A stretch of 64,000 nt of DNA from NCBI GenBank assembly GCA_009859145.1, contig VRVR01000061.1, positions 62,001 to 126,000 of the forward strand, written 5' to 3'. Origin of the DNA: Andalucia godoyi And28. Its lineage: Eukaryota; Protista; Jakobida. Under the pieces are notes generated by a model. That model was not told where the DNA came from. It was given only the letters and a program-made list of their open reading frames with translations, and searched no databases. Shown in pieces: positions 53,879 to 64,000 of the stretch (its first letter is position 1; the number at the start of each line of letters is the position of its first letter). The translations under genes were made by a program, and so were the position numbers.

Positions 53879-54378
53879 GCCTCCATTCTATGCGCACCAA
53901 GTCATCGCTTCCTTTTATTGTCAATGCCCCCTGGTAATGTGCTCTTTGTATATTTAGAAAAAGAAAAAAAAATAATAAAAAATTCAATTTGAATGTGAGT
54001 GAGGAATGAGCTTTAACGGTGCCTTTGAGGTTTTTCCGGTGGCCTCAAGTTGCGTTTTGTATTGTGCGCTAGGGCTAGCTAGGGTTGCTTCAAGTCCAGG
54101 GAATTTTCCTTTATTCAAATTTTCAATAGGTTTTTATGTATGTTTTATTCTGCATTTATTTTAATTACTATTACTGATTATTATTATAATATTATTTTTG
54201 GCATTGTGTTGTTGTGATTGCTATTGCACGACGCCGCACACATTGTATATACGGAGATTTTTTTAGCATCGTCTCTGGAGCCGCTCGCGATTGATAGAGC
54301 CGCTCGTGTGCGACGTGTGAGTTTTCCTTCTTTTCCTTCTTTCTTTTCTCCTTCTAATTGGTGATTCGATAGTCGGAA

Positions 54379-56397
54379 ATGGCGGAAATGGACGATTTGG
54401 ATCTTGGGGATCTTGATTTTACGTCGACTTCGCTGAGCACGCTTGAGACGGACTTGGCGTCTTTTGACCAGAACGAGTTGGTGTCGCGCGCGCTATCGGA
54501 AGGCCGTGATTTGAGAAAGTATGCGTCTGAGATTGAAGATGAAATGCATGAATTGGAGATTGCGAGTGTGGACGACTATGTTGCGGTGTCGGACCACATT
54601 GACAAGTTGCACACGCACATCTCGTTATGCGACTCTGTGCTGCAGCGGATGGAGAATGTGCTGGGAAAGTTTCAATCGGATCTCGGCTCCATCAGCGACG
54701 AGATCCAAGTGCTGCAAGATCGCGCACTGATGATGTCGATTCAGATGAAGAACAGACAGCACATTGGATCGCAACTATCGCAGCTTACAGAGCAGCTTGT
54801 GATTCGTCCGGAACTTGTCAGAGCGATAGTAGAAGAGGAAGTGGATGACCGGTATCTCGATGCGCTGATTGAATTGGACAGGAAACACGTGTTTTTCTGT
54901 ACGGATCTCGTGGAACATTCAAAATCTGTGTCGGATCTGCAGCCTGAACTGGACAAGCTTATCGCGAAGGCGTGTGCAAAGGTACGGGACTTTCTGGTTG
55001 CACGAATTGTTGCGCTGAAGAAGCCGCGGACGAATATCCAAATGCATCAGCTCAGCACGCTTCTCAAGTACAAGTTTTTTGTCGAGTTCGTGCACAGACA
55101 TCGCAGAGAAGATTGCTATGCGGACATTGTGGCCACGTACGCAGAGGTAATGTCCAAGGTGTATTCTCATAATTTCAAGACATACTGGACTGCGCTGATT
55201 AAGCTCAAGGCGAAAAATGCCGCAGTTGCACTCTCGATGTCGGATCTCGAAGGAAAACTGAAGATGATCGATGATGAGGAAACGCCACCCATTGTGCCGC
55301 CAACCGGCCAGTCGCTTTTTGGATCTGGGACCTCGTCGAGTAGCGCACTTCCTTTTGAAGTGCTGTACAAGTCCGCGCATGCATTGCTCGTGGACACTGT
55401 CACCTCCGAGTATTTGTTTCAGTGGGAGTTTCTCGCAAAGGATGTGCAAACAGACGCGGTATTTTTGCCGTCATTTGAGATTTTTGACACCTTTTTAACC
55501 GCTCATTTGCAGACCACAGTTTCCAATGACATTTTGAGCGTGTGCATGCTCATCAGAATTGTGCACATGGTGCAGCGTGTGATGCAAAAACGACGGGTCC
55601 CCGCACTCGATCCGTATTGCGACCGGACCTTGGTGCTGCTATGGCCGCGTTTCAAGATTCTCTGCGGAGGGTTTGTCGACAAACTGAAATCAACGTCTGA
55701 CGCTTCCATGAACACACCCAGGAGCTATGCCAATTTGGTCTATGCGATCTCGAGCACCGTGCTGCATTTTCCGAACGAAGATACCGAGCCTGCATGGGCC
55801 GATACGGTGCGCATGACGCTTGCTGAGCTTCGCCTTGCCATCACCACTGCTCTTGAAAAGATCGGTTCGTCGATGAATCCCTTCCAGCGAAACGTGTTCA
55901 ACATCAATGCATGGGCACTGTGTGTGGATGCCCGCACTGGTGAGCCGTCGATTGATGATTTCCATGCTCGGTGTTTGGCCCGGTACATGGACGAATACGT
56001 TGGTCGCGAACTGAAGGTGCAGGTACCGTTTCTCGTTCGGTTGTTTACCAACTCCGCAAATGCTGCTAGTGATCGAGGCTCTGACGGTGCGCCATCAAGT
56101 CCAAAGCTGGACAACGGTTCCATATCGTCGGAGGACATCGAGGCTGCAGTTCGAGAGTTTGGCAATGTGTGGAAGGAAAAGCTGGCCAAGATCCACGAGG
56201 ATGTGTTGCGCTCCTTTACCGACTTCAAGAACGGAGTGGAAGTTCTGAAGCTCTGTTTTACGCAGCTGCTCTTGTACTATGGCAGATGCATCTCTCACAT
56301 CAGTGATCGACCAGAACTGAAGCATCTCAAGAAGGAGATTGTCAGTCAACAAGTCATGCTGTACGAAGCACGGAAGTATGCACAAGATTTTGAGTAA
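54379..56397 (+). CDS. VPS52: GARP complex subunit Vps52
   Basis: GRDLRKYASEIE, LHTHISLCDSVLQRME.VL.KFQSDLGSISDEI, KKPRTNIQM.Q..LLKYK and LLWPRF. Confidence 0.95.
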   Translation: MAEMDDLDLGDLDFTSTSLSTLETDLASFDQNELVSRALSEGRDLRKYASEIEDEMHELEIASVDDYVAVSDHIDKLHTHISLCDSVLQRMENVLGKFQSDLGSISDEIQVLQDRALMMSIQMKNRQHIGSQLSQLTEQLVIRPELVRAIVEEEVDDRYLDALIELDRKHVFFCTDLVEHSKSVSDLQPELDKLIAKACAKVRDFLVARIVALKKPRTNIQMHQLSTLLKYKFFVEFVHRHRREDCYADIVATYAEVMSKVYSHNFKTYWTALIKLKAKNAAVALSMSDLEGKLKMIDDEETPPIVPPTGQSLFGSGTSSSSALPFEVLYKSAHALLVDTVTSEYLFQWEFLAKDVQTDAVFLPSFEIFDTFLTAHLQTTVSNDILSVCMLIRIVHMVQRVMQKRRVPALDPYCDRTLVLLWPRFKILCGGFVDKLKSTSDASMNTPRSYANLVYAISSTVLHFPNEDTEPAWADTVRMTLAELRLAITTALEKIGSSMNPFQRNVFNINAWALCVDARTGEPSIDDFHARCLARYMDEYVGRELKVQVPFLVRLFTNSANAASDRGSDGAPSSPKLDNGSISSEDIEAAVREFGNVWKEKLAKIHEDVLRSFTDFKNGVEVLKLCFTQLLLYYGRCISHISDRPELKHLKKEIVSQQVMLYEARKYAQDFE

Positions 56398-56509
56398 AAC
56401 CAACCAGCACCCGGATCCCCACCCATGTCCCAGCCTTTTCGTTTCTGTTCATCCATTCTTGTGCTGTGCTGTGCGGGGTTTCCCCTTGACTCCCAGCCAC
56501 CCAGAAGGC

Positions 56510-57844
56510 CTATTCAAACATGTCGACCATATCTTGCTGAAGTTGCTCCACATCGACACGAGTGACAAGCCGTACATGCCTTCGGTGAAGCGGCTCCATG
56601 TTTCCAAAGTATGCAACCGTCATGCCTCGCGTGAGCGAACCGTCAACCTCCACATCCATCCTGCACACTTTGGAATTCTGCACTGCACAGCGGGAACTTG
56701 CGCTCGATTTTGCGCTCGGCGAACGACTATCGACATCCCGGCCAGCATGCACCATGACCGCCATGGGATCGCAAATCACGTACCCGTGGTCCTTCAGCGT
56801 CTTTTCGTCTCGCGCGGCAGATGCATCTCCACATTCTTTGCGAAGTAGTGCATCTTGCAGCGCAGCCAGATGCTCCAAGACTAAGTTTGCAGTGGTTGGC
56901 TCATTCACGATTCGCAAAAACTCCTTTGCTCTCCTCTTCCGCTCCGCCGCTTCCGTCTCCGCTTCCGTCTCCGTCTCTGTCTTTGCCTGCATCTGCGCGG
57001 GACCACTGTCCGTCTTCATGAGCGTGGAAAAGTACCAGTCAAACGAAACTGCCTGGTCAACACACACTTCCCACGGAAGTACATACAATCGTTTTTCATC
57101 GAGTTTGCGATCCACGGCATGGTGATCGAGGTTCCGATTTTCCAGCTGCGCAAGCATTTCGGTAGCATACTCTTCGTACATTTCCAAGTGCCGAGTCATG
57201 AGCAGCTTTGCGGCCTCGGGATCTGCAGCGACATTGAACTCCTGCACCGGCCCCACATTCCCCGCTTGTTTGTACGTGCCGCCCATCATGGTAACCTTAG
57301 CGATGCGCGCCAGAAAGCGAGGATCGCGATCGATCGCAGCAGCAATGCTTGTGCACGGTCCCAGAATGACCAGCTCAAGCTCGCCTTCATATGCAATGCT
57401 CAGCTCAATCAACTGCGCAATCCCGTCCTTTGCAGATTCTCCCGGCGCGTCTCCTGCGCCATTCGGCACGGGAGAAACCGGCGCGATGCACAGTGTCCGC
57501 TCGCGCTGATTTCCAATCCCATCTGCCCCAAAGTACGTTCCAGGCGCAAGATGCACAGCGCCCGTAGCAGACCCGTTCCGAAGCCTGGTTCCCTCACAGC
57601 CCCTCATGACCAATGGCCGCGGCGCAGGCCAGCACGCACTGACAAATCGTCGGAGCGTGTCCATGATGTTGTCGACCGTGGTGTTGCCGATGGTTCCAAC
57701 AAGCCCCACAACCGCCAACCGGCACCGGCTGGCGTACAGCAATGCCAGCTGCAGCGCAAACAGATCGTCCGTTCCGGGATCCGTGTCGATCACGACCTTG
57801 CGGCCTGCGCTTACAGAACCCCGCGGAAGCTCCATATTATACAT
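56510..57844 (-). CDS. Inosine-uridine preferring nucleoside hydrolase
   Basis: IDTDPGTDD, FGADGIG, LGPCTSIA, MGG, GNV...EFNVAADPEAA and ICDP. Confidence 0.93.
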   Translation of the reverse strand: MYNMELPRGSVSAGRKVVIDTDPGTDDLFALQLALLYASRCRLAVVGLVGTIGNTTVDNIMDTLRRFVSACWPAPRPLVMRGCEGTRLRNGSATGAVHLAPGTYFGADGIGNQRERTLCIAPVSPVPNGAGDAPGESAKDGIAQLIELSIAYEGELELVILGPCTSIAAAIDRDPRFLARIAKVTMMGGTYKQAGNVGPVQEFNVAADPEAAKLLMTRHLEMYEEYATEMLAQLENRNLDHHAVDRKLDEKRLYVLPWEVCVDQAVSFDWYFSTLMKTDSGPAQMQAKTETETEAETEAAERKRRAKEFLRIVNEPTTANLVLEHLAALQDALLRKECGDASAARDEKTLKDHGYVICDPMAVMVHAGRDVDSRSPSAKSSASSRCAVQNSKVCRMDVEVDGSLTRGMTVAYFGNMEPLHRRHVRLVTRVDVEQLQQDMVDMFE

Positions 57845-57975
57845 GTCTATGTATCTGTTAAAAGTCGAGCAGCCGTTATCTGTCTTATAGTGCTATGTTC
57901 CGATGCTTCGCCAAAGGACACGACAGCCGGACGCAGTCTGGGGTTTCGTCCGCGATACTTCAATCCCCCATAGGC

Positions 57976-58532
57976 CGTTGCATAATAACACGTCATTGTC
58001 ATGCATACGGAAGGAAGCATGCATAAACAGACACGGTCGATACTGGCCGACACTAGCACGTTTGCTTCACAGGGAATTCGTGCTTACGCACGCTCGGCCA
58101 AAATGCAGACGGTGGCACAGGCTCCGCATTTTCGACACTCTTTAACGCAGCATCCGTAGCCATCTATTCTATCATTCGTTGGTTTCGCGTTTTTATTCAA
58201 AATATGGGCGTGGGTGCGCTGGGACGACGCATTCGCCTACGCCTACGCCGCTCGATACAGGGCCTCCTAGGTCCCGCAGACCTCCTAAGAGAGCACGTGT
58301 CACTACGCCTGCTGCTAGGGCCGTCAGAATCAAAATGCACCCTTCTCAGGAACAACGTGCCACGCTGAGAAGGTGGCTCACCGATTGATCGAGATTGGGA
58401 ACGAGCGCGGAGCATCTATCTGAAGCACGCCGAGAGGCGTGTTGGGGGCCTATCCCCTTCCCGGCAGCGGGATGCAAGACTGAATATGCATGTCCATTTG
58501 TAGATATGCTTGTTGAGTGTATAATGTAGGCG
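57976..58532 (+). mobile_element. Fanzor2 ghost, family A copy 3 (longer 5' part)
   Basis: Left CCG at 57975-57977. RRPPKRARV + AVRIKMHPSQEQRATLRRWL in one frame; IDRDWERARSIYLK in another. Right end TGTAGGCG at 58525-58532. Confidence 0.88.
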
Positions 58533-58595
58533 TACTTAAGAACACTGCAGTTTTTGAAACAAGAAGAGTATCGCAAACCCCCGAGTTTATAGCAA

Positions 58596-58667
58596 GCTCC
58601 GATCGTATAGTGGTCATTACTTCACGTTGTGGCCGTGAAAACGCAGGTTCGATTCCTGCTCGGAGCA
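58596..58667 (+). tRNA. tRNA-His(GTG)
   Basis: Acceptor GCTCCGA/TCGGAGC; anticodon arm TCACG-TTGTGGC-CGTGA; T arm GCAGG-TTCGATT-CCTGC; downstream oligo-T. Confidence 0.97.
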
Positions 58668-58948
58668 CTTGCGAACCTTTTTTTTTGGTTTTTTGTTTTA
58701 TGCCCGCTGGTTCATGGTGGTTCATGGAACCATCAAGTTTGATGCTAGACCAACCAATCGAGATGGTCGTTTGATGTTTTCTCTCTCTGTTTGGGAATCT
58801 CTCATTTCCCTGCACTCCTTTTGCCATTTTTTCCCACCTGGATTCTTCAGTGTTTTTTTGTTTTAACAAACTTACAAAGTACACGAGGACGTAGTAACAG
58901 GAGTTTGCACCCAGCTGCAAAGTTAAAAAGTCAGAAGAAGGAGAGGAA

Positions 58949-59401
58949 ATGGAAGCGACAAACCAGTATTTGTCTCAGCACCGCATTCCCGATTTGTTGT
59001 CGTTGCTTCTTCAACGGCTCCTAGTGTCGCGGCCATCAAACCCATCAGGATTCCTTATTGAGGAACTGCGGGCGGTTCAAAAGTCCGGTTCGTCCTCGGA
59101 GTACTTTACGACGGCGGACCTGGATGCGATTTTCGACATGGTGGACGTGACGCACAAGGGGACGATCTCGCGAGTGGAGACGGTCCGAGCGCTCGTCAAT
59201 CTGCAGATCCGAGCCTGCTATGCCGCCACAAACGCCCCGCACGCAGCCGGGAGCAGCATGCAGCTACAGTCGTATCTGTCCAAGGAGGACATTGAGAAAC
59301 TCGTTCCGCAGTCACTGAGCACCGGGTTTTCAAAGGAGCAGTTCAGGAAGATCGCCCACCCGCTGCTGCATGACCAGATTCTCGTCGCCAACCACTCCTA
59401 A
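58949..59401 (+). CDS. EFCAB10-like protein (Dpy-30/RIIa-like dimerisation motif + EF-hand)
   Basis: YLSQHRIPDLL..L...L.SRPSNP..FLIEEL, then DLDAIFDMVDVTHKGTIS. Confidence 0.75.
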   Translation: MEATNQYLSQHRIPDLLSLLLQRLLVSRPSNPSGFLIEELRAVQKSGSSSEYFTTADLDAIFDMVDVTHKGTISRVETVRALVNLQIRACYAATNAPHAAGSSMQLQSYLSKEDIEKLVPQSLSTGFSKEQFRKIAHPLLHDQILVANHS

Positions 59402-59597
59402 TCTAACGGTACTTTGCCCAAGTCCCGCGCTGTTCCGTGCGCAAGTATCAAATAAAAAGCAGTTATTCGAGAGTATCCAAATTTTGTCCCGGTAATGTTC
59501 TGTGTTACGTATGCGTACACGAACGTGCAAAATGTGTTACAGCAACGTGGCTGCGGTGGAACGGTTGCTAACCTGCTAGAGGCGACTGGTTTTCTTT

Positions 59598-60308
59598 TTA
59601 TTGGATCGTGCACGCGCCCGTGAGGCCACCTGTGATGGCGAGCCCAAGGCCTCCGCTCGCATCGACAATTGCGTTTCTGAGAAGCACCAGAACCGCCAGT
59701 GCGACCACTTCATCCACGTCCGCAGCCGCGTCCACGTTCAGTCGGTCTGCAACAGGCACCGAGTCGCCAATCTCGATAATCCATAAATCCTCCAGTGAAA
59801 GCAACCGTGCAGCTCCGCCGTTGTCTCGGACAATCCTCGCCACACGCACAGACCCATGCTCATCCTCAGTCTCATGGCTATGGAGGACGGCTCGCGAAAT
59901 GTGCGCAGTGGAGGGCGAGGATGCATCGTTGTAGCAAATGGTGTAGCGCGTTCGGGGCGGCGATGTACCGCTCAGCTCCACGGCTACGAGATCTCTCGAC
60001 GACACAAGACCGCCCCAGGATTTCTTACGTGGGTCTGGATCCGGCATCACTTCGACAACAGCACCGCCAGACGGCTGCTCATACGCAAATCGCACATCAG
60101 CCATGAATCCCGGCGTCTTGGTCTCCGAGTACGTTGCAACCACTCCGGCCGCGCTTCGCTGTTGCTGTTGCAGCTGCTGGCAACGCACCAGCGACCCGCA
60201 TGAGATGCCATCGGAGCATTCATACAGCGGCTCCGTTGCGCTTTCCGAGTCGTACACTCTTGCAGTATACTTCCACATCACGTGCCTCACTTTCACCCAC
60301 AACTTCAT
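59598..60308 (-). CDS. Hypothetical protein, possible tubby/LURP-like beta-barrel
   Basis: Beta-rich pattern ending in a hydrophobic helix (VVALAVLVLL); likely ATG at 60308. Confidence 0.55.
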   Translation of the reverse strand: MKLWVKVRHVMWKYTARVYDSESATEPLYECSDGISCGSLVRCQQLQQQQRSAAGVVATYSETKTPGFMADVRFAYEQPSGGAVVEVMPDPDPRKKSWGGLVSSRDLVAVELSGTSPPRTRYTICYNDASSPSTAHISRAVLHSHETEDEHGSVRVARIVRDNGGAARLLSLEDLWIIEIGDSVPVADRLNVDAAADVDEVVALAVLVLLRNAIVDASGGLGLAITGGLTGACTIQ

Positions 60309-60643
60309 CCTCTGCTGCTGTTCTCTGCGCAACCAAAATACACCCCGTTCCGTGGCTGCCAGCACAAAACGACAGCTTAACAAGCCACGCGAAGACTGGA
60401 GACCACCGACTGCAGACCGCCGACTGCAGAACCTACGTATCCGATTCGGATCCCGCTGGTCCTTGTTGAACTTCGCAAAGTGAAATCTGTTTTGCGGGCT
60501 CGTTGCTTCTTCTTCTCAAAATACATGTTTATTTATTGAAAAGAAAAGAATTTGAGTAATACCAAGAAGAAGAATCCCGTTGTTTTGTGTTTAGCATCCG
60601 TCGTGTTTTTCTTCTTCCGTGCGTTTCAAGTGGGTCGACGGCG

Positions 60644-61111
60644 ATGGCGATTGCAGAGTCTCCGTTGAGAAAGGGCGAGCTGGAGAAGCTGGTCCACGAG
60701 GGCCGGCTGTCAGAGTCCGAGTACTCTGCATTGGCAAAATACCGATGGAACACATGGAAAGCCGGGATGATTGGCTGTGGGTCTGGACTCGCGATCGGGA
60801 CACTCGGCAACTGGATCCTTGCACAGTCCGTCCACTCTCCCACTCCCACTCCCGCTCCCGCTCTCACTTCCTCCTCTTTCGCGTACCGGTACTCGTCGGT
60901 GCTGTCACGAATCCCCTACAGACCGACATGGATGGTGCCGATCATCGCGGGGTCCGCTGTCCTTGGTGCGTATCTTGGTGGAGTTCGCCAGGCCGCACGA
61001 ACCCCTCCACCGACGCTCCACATTCTGCCTACTTCGCCACCACCGAACGCAGTCGTGCAGCAGAACACCTCTTTGCGTTCCGCTTGGGATCTCCGAGATT
61101 CCAAATCGTAA
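60644..61111 (+). CDS. Small two-TM hypothetical protein
   Basis: GxxxG-rich hydrophobic segments; ATG at 60644. Confidence 0.55.
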   Translation: MAIAESPLRKGELEKLVHEGRLSESEYSALAKYRWNTWKAGMIGCGSGLAIGTLGNWILAQSVHSPTPTPAPALTSSSFAYRYSSVLSRIPYRPTWMVPIIAGSAVLGAYLGGVRQAARTPPPTLHILPTSPPPNAVVQQNTSLRSAWDLRDSKS

Positions 61112-61271
61112 CTACTTCACTAGCCTACGACCTTCATATAACCTCGTAATTCTAACCAATATAAAAAAGAAGTAATGCTTACACACACAAACAGGGATTT
61201 TTTGCGAAGCAGTTGGTTTATTAGTATCGTTGTTGTCATTTGATTGTTGTTGTCTTCGTCGTTGGTGCAGT

Positions 61272-62546
61272 TTAGACGGTAAAGGAGGCGAGGAGGGCGT
61301 TGACGGCGGCTGTGATTTCCGAGGTCGCAGAGACGTCGAATGCATTGATGGCGTAGAAGGCGGCAATGTTGCGCTCGGGAGAGAATGCGGCGTACGAAAA
61401 GACTCCTTGGAGACCGCCGGCCTTTTGGAACACGAGCGGCGCCCCGTCGTGGGGATCCATGACAACCCACGCAAGACCCATAGCGTCCATATGCCCAGAC
61501 TCGTCCACGCCAACGACCGGATCGAGCCCGTTTCGAAACAGGTACGCGGCATGGTCTACGATGCGCGACGACCCATACGATTGGAGCGTGCCGTTCAGAT
61601 GCCACTGCAGCCACTTCAGAATGTCGTTTGGTGTCGAGTACAGCCCGCCTGCGCCCTCAATCACGATCGGTGTATCGATGTACGGCATCGCGCTCCCGTC
61701 GAAATTATGCCCTTGAAATACGTTGCTGCGATCTGCAGCCGTCAAGTTGTACTTTGTGTTTTGCAGCTCGACGATTTGCAGCACATTCTCGTCCAGCAAC
61801 TGCACATACGGAGTACCGAGTCCGTCTGCGAGCGCCAGAGCCAGCAGATCGAACCCGGCGTTCGAGTACGAGACTCCCGTACCAGGCTCAAACATCAGCG
61901 GCTCGGTGCGCAGCAACTGCTGGTATGCCTCGATCGTCAGCGTCGCGTACGGGTCGTTGGGCGGTGAAGGACCGCGCGGGGCCTCGCGAATCAGGCCGGA
62001 GGAATGCGTCGCGAGGTGGATGAGCCGCACAAGCCGCGTGTCGGTCCCGGGCGGAGGCACGCCGTCATCAGCCCAGTGGAGAAGATCAAAGAGAGGCGAC
62101 GACAAATCGACGAGTCCGCGTGCGACAAGTCGAGCGAGCGTCTGGCCCGTGAATGCCTTCGTGATGGATCCGATGCGCATAAACGTGTTTCCGTCCGGCG
62201 GAACCCCGGAGCCGTCAGACCGCTCGCCAAACCCAGTGACATACGTCTGGCCGTTTCGAGTCGCCCCAATCACAAGCCCCGGAACACCGGTCTGCAGGTA
62301 CAGCACTTCACCAAGAAAATCGATCGTCTCGGAAAGCAGTTTTTCATTTGACGTCGTTCGCGCATGGATCTCGCCCAGTTTCAGCCGAATTTCATCCGCA
62401 CTCAGCGTTTCACCTCCCAAGGACTTTCCGGTCCCAATCGCTCCAGGCTCGGGTCTCGTCAGCATCGCAACGCCAACTAGAAAAACCGCGGCAATTCCAA
62501 AAAGAACCACCACAAGGTTCGCTGCGCTCGGTCGGCTTCTTTGCAT
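61272..62546 (-). CDS. AmpH-like D-Ala-D-Ala carboxypeptidase / class C beta-lactamase-fold serine hydrolase with an N-terminal TM
   Basis: SITK (SxxK), YSN, LATHSSGL, GGLYSTPND and QKAGG triad, with an overall layout like bacterial AmpH. Confidence 0.9.
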   Translation of the reverse strand: MQRSRPSAANLVVVLFGIAAVFLVGVAMLTRPEPGAIGTGKSLGGETLSADEIRLKLGEIHARTTSNEKLLSETIDFLGEVLYLQTGVPGLVIGATRNGQTYVTGFGERSDGSGVPPDGNTFMRIGSITKAFTGQTLARLVARGLVDLSSPLFDLLHWADDGVPPPGTDTRLVRLIHLATHSSGLIREAPRGPSPPNDPYATLTIEAYQQLLRTEPLMFEPGTGVSYSNAGFDLLALALADGLGTPYVQLLDENVLQIVELQNTKYNLTAADRSNVFQGHNFDGSAMPYIDTPIVIEGAGGLYSTPNDILKWLQWHLNGTLQSYGSSRIVDHAAYLFRNGLDPVVGVDESGHMDAMGLAWVVMDPHDGAPLVFQKAGGLQGVFSYAAFSPERNIAAFYAINAFDVSATSEITAAVNALLASFTV

Positions 62547-62949
62547 TCCTTACTTGTCCAGTTGTGTCCAATTATGTCCAGCTGCTTTGTTCGATTTCCA
62601 AGTCCTAACACTAGACAACACAGACGAAACAAAAAAAAAAAGAAGAAAGAACGTGAAAACACAGGATCGCTCACTCCCCTCCCTCCTATTAAGCGATTGA
62701 GATAGCATTCGATGTCACAGTCGATGGAAACGCGGGAATTATTGTGCGAAATTGTGCTGCACCTCCGCCGACGTTTTCCTCGACTCGTCCGTGGAATTGC
62801 GCTTGATAAAAAAATGCACGGCCGTTTTGCTTCCCTCTCCCTTTTTTTTTGCTCGTATGCACTTCCAATTGCTTGCTCCCAATCTTGTGAAGCCGCAAGG
62901 CGGTAGAACCCCCCGCGTACCAGAAGAATGGATCCGTCGAGCGGAAAAG

Positions 62950-63544
<595 letters not shown>

Positions 63545-64000
63545 CGGGTTCCGCTGGGACGTGTTCTTTTGTCGGACACACGTTCGCGCGCGTCGGGAGA
63601 ATAAAAACCGGCCAGAGAAACACCAAGGAGGAATCGCCGACCGCTCCTGAATGCAAAAATAATAACAGCAACATACCAAGAAATCAGAATTGTTAGAAGA
63701 GATCCTATGAGAGAGTTCGTAGTGAGCCGAGACAAGCATCACTTGATGAGAACGAGCATTCATCGGGAATTGAAACAACAGCCAAAAAACCAAAAGAAGC
63801 AAAAAAACAAAAAACGAATGGTGTGTCAACTTTCCGCTTATGGCTATCAGTTGCAGTATTTGTTTTTCATACTCGTCGTCATTATTTACTGAATTCAGAA
63901 TTTCAGAAGAGTTCCAAGCTCAGTGGTCAATACTATACAGTGCATTCCCAACGACAGCGATCCTTACGGTCAGTGCACCCTTTTTTCAATTTTGATTGAG

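Noticed and set aside
58070-58210. IS607 TnpA remnants (IRAYARSAKMQ; SII..F..FYSKYGR) in A3
   Set aside because: Resemblance to YARVSS and SIIHVFSARLYG is too weak and needs frame changes, so it cannot be supported without a profile search.
61272-62546. Bacterial contamination as the explanation for AmpH
   Set aside because: The gene is single, flanked by eukaryotic genes and host-like spacers, with no operon or Shine-Dalgarno context. Read-level confirmation is still needed.

Overview
Gene-dense, essentially intronless nuclear DNA from a flagellated protist. It carries Pol III tRNA genes, COPII, GARP, CAF-1 and centriole genes, and T-rich short intergenic spacers. The alpha-tubulin type and lack of introns are compatible with a jakobid/Discoba such as Andalucia, but this is inference only. 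The window holds about 30 ordinary CDSs and three tRNAs: Leu-CAA, His-GTG and an unusual Val-GAC. The main non-routine signal is six short (0.35-0.56 kb) dispersed repeats in three families. Families A (3 copies) and B (1 copy) are internally deleted Fanzor2/IS607-TnpB 'ghosts'. Family A keeps the N-terminal HTH start, family B a post-RuvC-I helix and Zn-ribbon remnant, and both keep the RuvC-III DRDxNGARNI motif and a structured omegaRNA-like right end. All family A copies sit at a CCG target with a duplicated CG core. Family C (2 copies) also starts and ends near a CG but shows no catalytic motif. One A copy has inserted inside the terminus of a C copy, so its predicted guide is C-family sequence. 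Other accessory features are a decayed dynamin-like GTPase-pentapeptide-WD40 gene, a decayed NYN-C2H2 gene, a bacterial-type SF2 helicase with an inserted UBA domain, a bacterial AmpH-like gene, and a 69-bp inverted repeat. No intact Fanzor or TnpA gene is present in this window. All family assignments come from motif recognition by eye, without database searches.
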